Source: Eutreptiella sp. 'Long Island Sound 2002'
Lineage: Eukaryota; Protista; Euglenida
DNA length: 64,000 nt
Assembly (NCBI GenBank): GCA_964036045.1
Contig: OZ038379.1
Coordinates: forward strand, 7,502,001-7,566,000
Direction of reading: 5' to 3'
This document shows positions 12,831-24,935 of the stretch, piece by piece. Position 1 is the stretch's first letter. Every line of letters begins with the position of its first letter. A program made the position numbers and the translations under genes. The notes below the pieces were generated by a model that searched no databases, was not told the origin of the DNA, and was given only the letters and a program-made list of their open reading frames with translations.

Positions 12831-13594
12831 CATCAAGGGGGGGGGGGGCGTACCATCGGGCCATACGCCGACTCCCTCCCACTTTCCAGCCAATTTCAGG
12901 GGGGGCGGGTCGGGGGGGGGGGGGGGGGGGTCTGGGGCCGGCTGAAGGGGAGGGGGGCACCCGGACCCCAACATATATGGCTTAAAAAGACCCCCTCATC
13001 GCCCTAGACATTTTTCTGGAATGTATGTGGGCAAGAAAAATTGCTAGGGGGGTGCAATCATCATTCAAACTGCAACTGTTCTTGTGTTCGAGAGGATATG
13101 CTATGGACAATCTAGATGAAGCACAACGTATTCATCCGTCATAAAGCTACATCCATATCTACAATCAAACGGCAACATTCGTGCGTGTTCACCTGATGAC
13201 TTATATATCGGCAAAGTTGCCTGCATGCGACATACTGTGTGTCTTACCTCCCACTGCTACCGTGATCAAGCACTCCTTCGGCTCTCAGTTGCTGTGGTAG
13301 TCCTATGGTGTGTTCTGCCGTGTGTCTGTGTGTTCAATTGCTGTTGCTGTGTCAAAATTGCTAGGGGGGGGGGGGGCATGGTAGGTGGTACTTGTGTTTA
13401 AGGGCATAGCACCCCCGAGTCAATTTCCGGCCACTGTTGCCAGTGGCGCCCCACCCAGGCCAAACCATGCATGTTGTGAAGAAGGAGTTCATGTATGTTT
13501 CGAAACCCTTTGGAGGAGAGGGGGGGGGGTTTGCAACGTGCGCAATATATTTTTTTAAAAAAAAGTTCTCTCCGCGCACTACGTGCCCACTACA

Positions 13595-13825
13595 TCACCC
13601 CTGCATCCTCGGGGGTCCCCAACAAAGGGGACAAATCAAAGCGGGCCCAAAAAAGGGCGGAAATGCTACATCACCCCTGCATTCTCGGGGATCCCCAAAC
13701 AAATGGGGACAAAATCAGAAATGGCTGCCTAAACCCTGCCTACTGGGGGGCCCACAAGTGGGCAGAAATGCTACGTCACCCCTGCTTTCTCGGGGATCCC
13801 CAACAAAGGGGACAAAATCAAAGCA
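13595..13825. repeat. Partial modules of the same family (another fragment at ~45860-45990)
   Basis: Three copies of GCTAC(A/G)TCACCCCTGC..TCGGGG..CCCC..CAAAGGGGACAAA. Confidence 0.6.
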
Positions 13826-15029
13826 CTAAAAAAACAAAAAAAAACAAAAACAAACAATTTCCCATGGTGTCGTTGATCCTGCCTATGGTCCTATAGACTA
13901 CCTACACTGGGGTTTGAGCCCAGGACCATTCAGTTGCAAAGGCAATGCTTTACCCACTAGGGTATGGGCCATCTGTGACACACCACTGCACAGGGGTGGT
14001 ATTCATATTTGGTCCAATTTGGGTTTCATCCATCATTGGGTTCTCCTCAAAAAACTGAGTATTTTGAGTGTAGACACATGGGGTGAAAACCCATTTTTTC
14101 ACCCTCTACTAATTCAAGCAAATTTTCCTTAGGGCGCCTTTGGCGCCCATGATCCGGCACTTTCCAGCCAATTTCCAGGGAGGGGGGGGGGGGTCGGCGT
14201 AAAGGGTCCGGTCCCGGCGAGCCCCCCGTGGCTTCCATAATGCTGCCTGTTGAGTGGATACAAACATGGTGCCGTGCCCGCGAGAAAGCTTTCAGGCTGG
14301 TAGCGATGTGGCCCTTGGGCCAGAAGCTCCCGCTTTCTTCTATTCAGGGGCCATGGTCCCTTCTTCAAAGGGACCATCACTAGGCCCCTGCATCGCCGTC
14401 AGTGTGGGCAATTTCGGCCATTTTGGCGTTCTGAGCCCACTTGGCAACCCTAAGGCTCCAGGTTGCTAAGGAATCCGGGGGAGCTAGGATACACAAGGCC
14501 TCTACGGGAATTGTACTTCAAGGGGATGCACTTGGTTGGTTGGGCCCTACCCTCATATGGCCAAGGTAAGGGGTCATGTTTGGATGTTTTGCCACATCGG
14601 AAATCTAGGCTGAAATCACCATGATTCGGACGCCATACCCCCTTGGGATGATGGCGGGGTCAACTAACTGGAAGGTCAAACCTGACCATTAAAGGAAGAT
14701 GAAGAGCAATTGTCGGTTGGCAAAGGGGCCTATTGACGCCCCCGCACGCCACTGTGGCTGGTCGGGACACCCTTGCCATTTCAGGGTTCTAAGGTCTGAT
14801 TGCGGCAGAACCCCCATATCTGCTGGCCATCGGCAAGGAGGACCGTGTGGTAGGGTTGTGGGCAGGACTCAGATGCCTAGTGCTGCATCGCACCCTGAAC
14901 CCATTCCACTCCCTATCGTGCTTTGCTGGGTGTACATACGTGCTGATTGTACATAGCATCATTTCATGTATTTCGGAGTGGCAAGGATCCTAGAACGCTT
15001 TGTTCTATGAGAATGGTCTCGGCGCCCGT

Positions 15030-15810
15030 TGCCCTTGCGTGCGTTTGCCCGTTCGTGCGTAGCGGACCCGTGGACCCCAGCCCTCCACGGTACCGTGTCA
15101 AAAGCGTTCTACCGCCGAGAGCCACCGTGGGCCTACAACAAGAACCCTGAGAACACCAGCATCCACCTCACCACGATCGGGCGTACTGGTCCCAGCTCTG
15201 TAGAGAGAGTGGACCGCGTCACCCGCCTCAACAACACTCCCAGCCACCATCAAGCGTACTGGTACCAGCCCTGCAGACAGAGTGCACCACAACATTCTCA
15301 CCAACAGCACTTCCGCATCTTCAACCAAAAGCATCATTGTCTAGTCGACGGCTCTTCCGCCCCGGCCTGCAGCGCCCCTAACCGGTACCGCGGGACCGTT
15401 GGTGCCGCTCATGGCTAGCCTTGAGTGGGACAAGGAGTATCGATACTCCAAGTTGAAGGATGGCACGAAGGCCCCACAGTGAGTGCAGAACCGCTCTGAC
15501 GCCAAGGAGTGCACCCACATCGAGGGCGCGCTGCGCAGCATGGGGTACACGTTCTCCCATGCGCAGCGACCGTGGCAAGTCTACTGGGACCTGCCACAGG
15601 ACTCCCCGGTGGACCTGTTGCTGGACCTCCATGATGAGGACGTCCTGATGACCACCTCCCCCGGACCCAGCCACGTCCGGTCCGGCCCAGCCACCCCGAG
15701 TGACTTCATCGCAGTTGCCAAGGAAACCCGGGCGAAGAGCCGTCTGTTGCCCTTGCGGCCCATAGCATTGCTACCTATGGGGCTTTCCCCAAGCGTGGAG
15801 CCCGGATGAC
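15030..15810 (+). pseudogene. Disrupted coding-like fragment of unknown origin, possibly retroelement
   Basis: Strong GC3-type codon pattern across two frames with one frameshift and one stop; no motif recognised. Confidence 0.35.
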
Positions 15811-15979
15811 TGGTAAAGAACTCCATACCGAGTGCAGAATTGTTCAAAATTGGCTCACACATTACGCGGGAAGAGTAATTGCTGTGAGAGGAATTGAACA
15901 CTAGCCAGGGCCCTTGGGCCTGCAGCTTGGCCTGCGGAAAGGGAAGCACATAGCCTCCATTTTCCTTCCGCTGTGACAA

Positions 15980-16400
15980 TTGGTGACAAGTTAGCCCCCA
16001 GGTGTCAAAACCGAAAAAAACATGCTATACTTGGCGCAAGGTTGAGATAACCGCCCAGTCTGCCACATAGGCGCGTGTGGTCAAGAGGAGTGTGGGCAGG
16101 ACCCACACCTTGAGGAGTTGTACTTTCACGGGCCCAAATAGGCTTCTTTGATGGACAATTGTCCAATTTTACCCCCAGGTACTTTACGTACTGCCGTTGA
16201 AGCCTGGTGCCCTTGAGCTGGGCTATCACTTCTAGCCTTGTGTCTCCCTTCTGAACAAACGCCGATTTACCTAGATTAATGTGTAGTCTATAAACGGCGG
16301 AAAACCGTCGGAAATGGTGACAAAAGCAATGGCTGTGGTCATGCACCCTGGCGGGATGGCGACCAGAAGGTCATCCACATAGAGATAAACATCCACTCCT
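15980..16400 (-). pseudogene. Non-LTR retrotransposon RT C-terminal fragment
   Basis: YVDDLLV (RT YxDD) followed by FRRFSAVYRLHINLGKS..VKYLGVKL. Confidence 0.8.
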
Positions 16401-16484
16401 CATCAGGGCGGTCCTTAACAAAGAAAAAAAAAGAAGTGTTCCTGTACTTAGGTTTCCCAAAAATGCCCACGGGCACACAATGTG

Positions 16485-16680
16485 TTGGCGGTTGGCAGTT
16501 GGCGGTTGGCGACTGGCGATTGATGGCGGTTGGTGGCGGTTGATGGTGGTTGGCGGCAGTTGGTGGTTGGGGATTGGTGGTTGATGGCAGTCAGCAGTGA
16601 TTGGTGGTTGGTGGTTGGTCGCCGCTGGCGGTTGGCGGCAGTTGGCGGTTGGTGGCGGTTGGTGCTTGGCAGTTGATGGT
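16485..16680. repeat. GGCGGTT/GGTGGTT heptamer minisatellite
   Basis: Tandem degenerate 7-mers. Confidence 0.9.
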
Positions 16681-16709
16681 CCCTCGGGGCGGTCCTTAGG
16701 GGGAGTCTT

Positions 16710-18010
16710 TGCACTGCGCGCTACTTTTAGACTATGTTCCCCCCGAAGAGCCCCCAAGCAAACCCCTTGGAAACGCCCTTAGAATTAGGTGACCCAAACT
16801 GCCCTAGCTCAAGAAAGCTGCAAACTACCTTCCCTTCACATAACACACATCATGCACAACTGGAAAAGCCATGAACAGCGCATTGGTCGCCACCCTCAAG
16901 AACACAGAACTGTCTTTCTGTTCCACCTGTCTTCGAATCAAAAATTGCTGCAAATGCAAGAGTACACGCACGTACTCATGCAACTCCGTACCGGATCCCC
17001 TCCATATGTTCCTTACGATGCCCCAGTGCCACATGCGTGCAAACAAGTGCTAAATGTGTGCCCTATAGAAACCATGAACATCATTGTACTCCTTTTGCCG
17101 CTCGGTCAACGTCTTTCGACCAATAAATGGCCATGCCACATGGAGGCGCCCCTTGTATGCACCATCCATGGAGCCAATCTCATAATCCATACAATGTCCC
17201 TACACTTTCCTCAATAGCACCGGAAGGTTGGGGCCCAAAAGAGGGCGGAAATGCTATGTCACCCTTGCATTCTCGGGGGTCCCCAAACAAAGGGGGACAA
17301 AATCAGAAGTCAAAACCTCCGCTAGGGGTCACCATGATGCCCCTAGGGGCCCCTAGTATCTCAAAGTATGGGTCTCTAGTACGGCCAGACGCCCAAATAG
17401 TTGCACTGCGCGCGCACTGCGCTTGAGGCGCCCCCTTTCACATGTGTGCGTGTCAATGCAATCCGTACAATATTGCAATTCACACTTGTCACACATGGAC
17501 ATCTTTTCAGGGTCAAACTTGGTGCAACAAAGGGCACAAACATCCCCATCATCACCCACAACATCCTCATCATCATTGTCCTCCAAAGCGTGGATTCAAA
17601 GATTGTCCCGGTTTCCTCAATAGCACCGGAAAGTTGGGGCCCAAAAGAGAATGCTATGTCACCCCTGCATTCTCGGGGGTCCCCAAAAGAAGGGGAACAA
17701 AATCAGAAGTCAAAACCTACGCCAAGGGTCACCATGATGCACCACGCAACAAAGCGTGGATTCAAAGATTGTCCCGGTTTCCTCAATAGCACCGGAAGGT
17801 TGGGGCCCAAAAGAGGGCGGAAATGCTACGTCACCCCTGCATTCTCGGGGGTCCCCAAAAGAAGGGGAACAAAATCAGAAGTCAAAACCTACGCTAGGGG
17901 TCACCATGATGCCCCTAGGGGCCCCTAGTATCACAAAGTATGGGTCTCTAGTACGGCCAGACGCCCAAATAGTTGCACTGCGCGCGCACTGCGCTTAAGG
18001 CTCCCCCTTT
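16710..18010 (-). repeat. Modular repeat family copy: three modules (period 166 bp at 17584/17750) plus a zinc-finger ORF (17430-17586)
   Basis: Direct repeats are visible; ORF CALCCTKFDPEKMSMCDKCELQYCTDCIDTHTC; TGCGCGCGCA palindrome at module ends. Confidence 0.65.
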
Positions 18011-18268
18011 ATTTACTGTCTTTCCTACGAGAAATAAGTTGGCCGACATCAATTAGGAAAATACTAAGCACTGAAAAAGGAAAGTACTGGGGAAAGCATG
18101 TAAACAAATTGATCAACTAATGAAGAAATCAAACTGGGCCAAGCACTTGGCATGGCTGCACAGCAAAACAGGCAATATTGTCACAACCCTAGACAAGGAA
18201 TAGCCCAAACCTTATAGGAACATTGGGCAGGGATCTCCCAAGAAAGGGGGGCTTCTATCCACGCTTGC

Positions 18269-18800
18269 ATGAAGTACTTCGAGTTGCTACCCATCCGTGC
18301 GATGGTGAGGCGACCAACACCTTGGCTCTTCAAGCCTCTGTCTATGGAATTGGTGGACGAGGCGTTCCGGAGGCAAGTCCGTGGGGCCCCACCGGGCCTG
18401 GATGGTTTCCCGATCAAAGTCTACACGCACTTCTCTGAATTTTTCTCACCGCTGAAGGTCTTGCATACAGCACATGAGTCTAGACTCTTTCCTGAATCTT
18501 GGGGGAGAGGAGTCATATGTTGTATCTCAAAGGGGTCAGGAGCTATAAGGTTGACTAGTTAAGGCCGATAGCACTGCAGTAGCTCAAGAAAAAGTGGTTT
18601 ATGACAGTGCTCCTCTTACACATAGAGGAGCTGCTGATGCAAATCACCCCACCCCATCAAGTGGGTTGTTTTAAGCATCGACACATGATGCAGCACGTAT
18701 GGAATGTGCAAGGGGAATGGCCCATGGAAGACACAATGGCGGTCCCTACTGTAGACTATCGCACACGTATGTTTGCTTTCATCACTCATGTGCTGCCCGG
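18269..18800 (+). pseudogene. Non-LTR retrotransposon RT N-terminal fragment
   Basis: APPGLDGFP..FPESWGRGVICCISKG..RPIAL, the LINE RT domain 0-1 motifs, with stops. Confidence 0.8.
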
Positions 18801-19329
18801 CTAGCAACCCCTTTATTTCATGTAATCAGTCTCGGCCTATCCTGTCATCTTCCGACTGTTCATCACATTGCACAAGCATCGTGCACACTACACGGTGTGT
18901 GGGTGGGTCTAGTCCTTGCGACTTGAGATACACACACCCCTCGGAACAGACCTGGTCCCTAGTCGAGGAGAGGAGTAGGGCCAAGACTGAAGAGGAGGGG
19001 CGGACGGTGTTGCGCTTGTGGAAGTCCAATGCTGATTTCTTGATCAGCGATTCTACTTATGCCAACTTCTGGAGGGGCGGCAGGTCTTGGACACGACAAT
19101 TTGACCTGCAAACACTCAACGGTTTCAGAGAGAGAAAGCCAATCGGGCATTTCCGAGGCGGTTGTTGGGCTCAATCATGGTCGGTAACAGATACTGGATG
19201 CCCCCGCCCAGGCAATTCCAGCCAATGTTCCAAGTGTCAATCAGCAGTTGTTGGCGGTTGTTGGCAAAAGTTGGGTACATAGCTCCACTCGTGAAGGTTG
19301 CCATGAGATGCCCACCCCCTAAATGCACC

Positions 19330-19900
19330 ATTATGGCCCCCATATGAAAATTCAAGAACTACCCATACATTGTGGATTTTATTGCAAAGGGCGGCTTGCG
19401 GTCTAAATTTATCTCTGCTCTCTGAACATGGTGGATGAATACTAAGTTTCCTCCACACATATGATGTTCCCATGGCTTACCATATTGGCAGGGGAATTTT
19501 GCCTGTGACAGCCCTTTCATTGTGCAGCTTACAAATAGTACCAAATTAGTATGAAAACTCAGTGGTTTTCCAATCAAAAACCCATATTTCCCCTGATTGG
19601 TCCCTGCCGAGAAAGCAAAAACGGGTGCTTCATCATTAGCAGTCGAGGCCTCCCAAAAAAAGCAAAAACTAAAAGGATTTGAAGATCATACAATGTCCCT
19701 AAAGAGCCAACGAGGGATATCTTGGATACCCTTGGATTCTTTAAAATTCTCGTTTTGAATCCTGTGAACCTATTTCGCAGAAATGTGGCCTTTATTAATT
19801 CTGTGGCCATATTTGCACCCCGATTGGCACCCATCCCCTCCCTGAAGGGTATGGGCATGCGGGATACAAACATCGAACGCAAGGAAACAAACCACTGAGC
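19330..19900 (-). pseudogene. Decayed Penelope-like RT fragment
   Basis: GMGANRGANMA (GxPMGxN-like), a degenerate FRxIxD region, and downstream KLSIHPPCSESRDKF resembling the RxCSxxxDF thumb motif; several frameshifts. Confidence 0.45.
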
Positions 19901-21464
19901 ACTTGAACAAACAAAGCAAAGAGCTTGTTGTTGCTACAACGAAGCTGGAACAAACATGATGGTGGCAAAATGAGATAATGCGCTGGAAGTGAGACACTCT
20001 ACTGCTAAAATCTGCAACCCCTCGTGAAAGTGCATGGAAGGTACCCTGAACCCACCCTGTACCCTGGGCCCAAAAAGAAAAAACCATGACCGCTCAGCTT
20101 CCCAGAGCATACTATGCATTTGTCACGCACAAAATGCAATTGTTTGCTTGCCCTCGCAGCAGCACCTGCTGTGCTATTGCCCAGCGTTCGGGCTGCCCCG
20201 TCAGGTCTGATGCATCACATCTGCTGCCCACATCATCGACTGGGGTCATAGACAGGGTGGAGACTGGTACAGCTTGCATGAGTGCAGGCTACCAATTGGA
20301 CCTGGCAAGGCGCAGGTAGTACATTTTTTTTATGTTGTCACACAGAAGGGGTCCAGAGCGGCCCAGTACTGAGACACCATTGGGAAACGGTTACAGTCAA
20401 GGGTCCATGCTCAGGTTCAGCAGTGAGGATTCAAGACCAAGAGGTTGTAAACTGATACGGGATGCCCTTGCCAAGATACTTTGAGAAATATTCGAACAAG
20501 ACTCAAATGGGTCCAAAGCAATGCCTAAGGCAGTGCTGTTAGGTTGCAAGCCCCCTTCCCGTGCCCAAGCCACGAAAAACTCCCAAATTTATCCCGTCCC
20601 TTCGCCAGGTGTAGCTGAGACAGTACCGTTGCTCGCGCATGGCACATGCAAAGAAAGGCCCCACAGGAGTGCATGCACTGCACCAGCCCAAAAGCCCCAA
20701 GCCCCCTCATAGCAACATTTGTGGGTGCAAAATCAAATCACATATCCTTCAGCCCCACCAAGCAAGCAAATTGAAATTGAATCGAATTTCACCCCCAAAC
20801 CTGTGGTCTGATGCAGCTCTACTAAAATTTGGTGCTGAATAAATTTCAGTCCCAAATTAATACGGTCTCTACCTGTGCTGTAGCCAGGACAAGGCCCTAG
20901 CTTGGCCATAAATCAGCGATGAGCGGTGGTTGCTCCCCTCCAGAATCGCTCTGGGAAACCGCGCAGTGCATAACCACGAGGCCATACCTGGGACAAGGGG
21001 AGGGTGGGGGGGGGGGGGGGGTATGCCCATAGCACCAAAATCGGTACAAATCATGCACCATCAGAACGTCCAGGCCTAAGGCTGAGCCATCCATCTGCCA
21101 CACAGTGCATACTTGTCCCCACCCACGTGGCCCATTCGGCGCGTGACCTGACCGCAAGCATTGCAATGTGCTGCCCCTGACAGCCTTACCATTTTGCGGT
21201 TAAGGATTGCCGTACTCACCCACTGGCATGCCCTGGCCGTAGCCTTGAGTGCCGGGGCTTCGGCGTGGTCCTAGATGCTTCTTGCGCAAAGGGATAACTG
21301 GTAGGGCAGGCTCCCCCGAGGGGCTAATGGGTATTGAGTACTGGTTCAGGCGACCTAACGAACGGTCGGAGGTCAAAAACATCTTTCACGCCTTTTATCT
21401 ACATTTGAAGCCTCCATAAACATATGCATGTTTTGAGTATACACACAGCGGGGGGGGGGGGGGG

Positions 21465-21994
21465 CAGGGAATGTTTATAAGGGGCTGGGGGGTTTTGGGG
21501 TTTTGAGGCACCCACCCACCCAAAACCAAGCAACCCACCCAGACCCCCCCCCCTCTTATAAACATTTGAGGGGGGGGATTGAGGCGCTCTCCGCTGAACG
21601 GCAGGTACACACAAAGCGACCAATGGCAGGACAAAATGCATGTTAACGCTGCTCCCAAGCTTGCAAAAAAAGCGCCAACCTTGCAAAAAAGGCGGAGCTA
21701 AAAAATAGTTCCCTTACCGGGAATTGATACGGCTGCATTACCGTTGTACGAACTGCCAGATCTGATTGCAATGCCTCCCGTCCAGCTTATTGAACACATT
21801 TGAAATCGAAAAAAAAAAAGCACCATCAGCCTGCACACTAACAGTAAAGGGGGGGTCTAGACTACACACCCACCCACCCAGAGTACAATTCTAAGAGGGG
21901 GGAGGGTCCCAGACTTTTCACCCACCCACCCAGGCTGGGGCACCCACCCAGACCCCCCCCCCCACTTGACTTAATTCCTTATAAACGTTCCCTG
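21465..21994. mobile_element. hAT-like MITE (CAGGG end) in a G tract
   Basis: TIR CAGGGAATGTTTATAAGG / CCTTATAAACGTTCCCTG (1 mismatch); flanks are G15 on the left and exactly G8 on the right; CACCCACCCA subterminal motifs. Confidence 0.75.
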
Positions 21995-22857
21995 GGGGGG
22001 GGACGTTTTGCCACTGCCATGGGTCATCATCTTCTCTGCAGGCATCTGCATCTACCCAAGCCCATACTGGTGTATACCCAGAGCAGAGTGAGGCTGAAAG
22101 AGGGTCTCAATATTTGCGCCAGTACAAAAACTTTGCACTGCGTGAGCACTGTGTAGGCACGGCGTGCATCGTCGCCCCACACAACCTGGTTGGTTGCTGG
22201 TTAGTGAGGGTTAGAGTGAACGGCGAGGGATGGGGCAAGAAATACCCCCAATGAGGACACTGGACAAATGGGGCGGGGGGGGTTCAGAAAATGAAGGTCG
22301 AGGTTACGGTGAGTGTGGGGTTGAGTTATTGGGGTTGGGGTTTTGGTGAAAGAGGTCAATGCGCCGATGCCTTCGTGCCGATTGCTTCGACAACCAAAGG
22401 AACGCCATGTGAGGAAGAGCCCTGCAGTCTTGTGGGCAAATTGTCTAATCGCGAAATGCAACGCCAAAAACACTGTGCCTGCAAAAAATAAACGCGTTGC
22501 AAACTGCAGCTCCACATCCTAGAGATGGGGCCATACCCAACACATAGGGTTCAGAGGCTGAAGTTTGAAACTCCTGTGGTCAGATAGTGATCTTGGGGAC
22601 AATGTGTGCATTTGCATGCGGGACGATCTATACATGTGGGTACCGAGGACCATCTAAGTACTTGTGAGGCAGTTCTGAGTCTCATGTCCACGGGCAGTCA
22701 ACCTCCCAGCGCGCGCTCATGCGCCTCGTATGCCGGTAGACGTGGGGTCGCACAGGGCACGCCACGTGCCTAATTGCTGTGTTGGTGAGTTTCTGGCTCA
22801 CGGAGTCGCAGCCCGCTTTTGCCGGTTTGGAGCTGGGGCCTTGTGCTTGGGGGGGGG

Positions 22858-23391
22858 GGGGGGGGCATTTCCGTTGCTTTTGGTGTCTCTCGTCAAAAAC
22901 TGGGACCAGGTCCTTGGGAGGCCCCAAAGGGCCCGAAAGAGACAATGCAATGCGGCAAAAAGCAGCGGGCGTACCACAACTACCATTGTATCCTAGGACA
23001 CCTTGAGACAACTGCAAACAGCCAGCGACATGGTCATCAGTTGACAATCAAGGGAGGTGGGGAAAAGGTTTGAAGGGGGGTTCAAGCCCCCTTACCCTAG
23101 GTGGCAGGCATACCCTAGGTGGAGTATGGCGAGCCCCCATACTCCAAAGGGGGGGTTGGAAAATGGGCTCCCGTGACAGACCTTGTCAGAGCAAACTTGT
23201 CGCGGCAATTTTTGGACTGTGACGCTACTCGCCTCCAGCGCAAAACGCCAACAGATGCATTGGACACAGAGGTTGCCAGCAAATGGGTCCCTGTCACTGT
23301 TGCTGTTCGCACACCGCCTCAGTGAGGGGGTCCAGCAGCTGGTTGCTGAAGTGGCCAGGTGGCAGTTTGTTCAGTGCAGCTGCAATGTCTG
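22858..23391. repeat. Left copy of the ~534-bp duplication (right copy 24191-24724)
   Basis: Apparently identical sequence and identical ORF-track translations, for example 23119-23325 versus 24452-24658. Confidence 0.9.
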
Positions 23392-23392
23392 G

Positions 23393-24190
23393 CAGGGATG
23401 GATCTAACTGGGGGGGTGGGTGTCCCTCTCTACCCCCCCCTCCCCCCCCCCCTGTTGTGACGAGGCGTCACGATATGCGTCACAAAAAAACCCGGTCACA
23501 GATTGAGCCACACAGGGTGCCAGGAGGCAGGCAGCACACCCCTTCACTTGAAGCATTCAATGCAAACCATTGCATATTCCAGGAAACAGTTTTTTGTCTT
23601 TTTTTGCTGGTGCACCAGGGTTCTTATTCACTGTCACTGTCACTGTCAGTACCCAGTACCCACAGCTGCACCCACAGCACCCACAGCCAGAGCAATTGCT
23701 GCGGCGCGACGGGCTGCATGGCTCGTTTTTTTTCGGCATGGCGCGGCTGAAACACACGGCCGGTCACACTGAAAACCCACCTTCTTTCGACCCATGACAG
23801 AACTATGACAAAGGCTGTCAGAAGGATGTGGCAGACAAATGAGCTGCTGCGAATGTCGTCAGTCTTGAGAGCCTTCAGAGAACACAGTGTCAGTTGACAC
23901 CGCGTCTCATCTCTCTGTCGCGCATGCAAGCATAATGTCACAAAAACAGAATTGTCACAAAAACACAGGAAGCTCAGGAACACAAAGATGAGCAATCCAG
24001 CAACCATCCCGCATGCCCTCGGACCTCGGAAATTACCACAGAGCCTTTTGGGTGTCACAATATTTTCAGAAAAGCTGTTTTCCCACTATGGCCTATTGGA
24101 TTTTTTGTGACATGTCACAATTCACAACCCCCCCCCCCCTCCCCCCCCACCCCCACCCCCTGAGTGGCGCACAAATTAGATCCATCCCTG
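23393..24190. mobile_element. TIR element (hAT-like) flanked by a ~534-bp direct duplication
   Basis: Perfect 15-bp TIR CAGGGATGGATCTAA (23393-23407) / TTAGATCCATCCCTG (24176-24190); many internal GTCAC/GTGAC motifs. Confidence 0.8.
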
Positions 24191-24626
24191 GGGGGGGGCA
24201 TTTCCGTTGCTTTTGGTGTCTCTCGTCAAAAACTGGGACCAGGTCCTTGGGAGGCCCCAAAGGGCCCGAAAGAGACAATGCAATGCGGCAAAAAGCAGCG
24301 GGCGTACCACAACTACCATTGTATCCTAGGACACCTTGAGACAACTGCAAACAGCCAGCGACATGGTCATCAGTTGACAATCAAGGGAGGTGGGGAAAAG
24401 GTTTGAAGGGGGGTTCAAGCCCCCTTACCCTAGGTGGCAGGCATACCCTAGGTGGAGTATGGCGAGCCCCCATACTCCAAAGGGGGGGTTGGAAAATGGG
24501 CTCCCGTGACAGACCTTGTCAGAGCAAACTTGTCGCGGCAATTTTTGGACTGTGACGCTACTCGCCTCCAGCGCAAAACGCCAACAGATGCATTGGACAC
24601 AGAGGTTGCCAGCAAATGGGTCCCTG

Positions 24627-24935
24627 TCACTGTTGCTGTTCGCACACCGCCTCAGTGAGGGGGTCCAGCAGCTGGTTGCTGAAGTGGCCAGGTGGCAGTT
24701 TGTTCAGTGCAGCTGCAATGTCTGCGTCGAAGCCCTCGCTGGTTCCTGAACTGCGTGGTGGTTCGTGAGGGTGTTGCGTTGTGATCGTGCACTTGAGGCA
24801 TGTGGTAGAATCTGTCAACAGACAGGCCCTGGAGTAGTAGTCCTCGAAGGCCTCGTCGTTGGACAGCTCAGTGAATACTTTGTACCCCTGCTCCCCGTGT
24901 GTCCAAAAGTCCAGCCCATTGTCCGTTGCGTGTAC
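24627..24935 (-). CDS. Orphan spliced gene, terminal exon
   Basis: Acceptor TCCTTCCAG|GTA. 309 nt, phase 0, open to TGA (VHATDNGLDFWTHGEQGYKVFTELSNDEAFEDYYSRACLL..EQQQ*). Confidence 0.65.
   Translation of the reverse strand, partial: VHATDNGLDFWTHGEQGYKVFTELSNDEAFEDYYSRACLLTDSTTCLKCTITTQHPHEPPRSSGTSEGFDADIAAALNKLPPGHFSNQLLDPLTEAVCEQQQ

Noticed and set aside
16371-16782. NRHQPP-repeat ORFs
   Set aside because: They are translations of the heptamer minisatellite.
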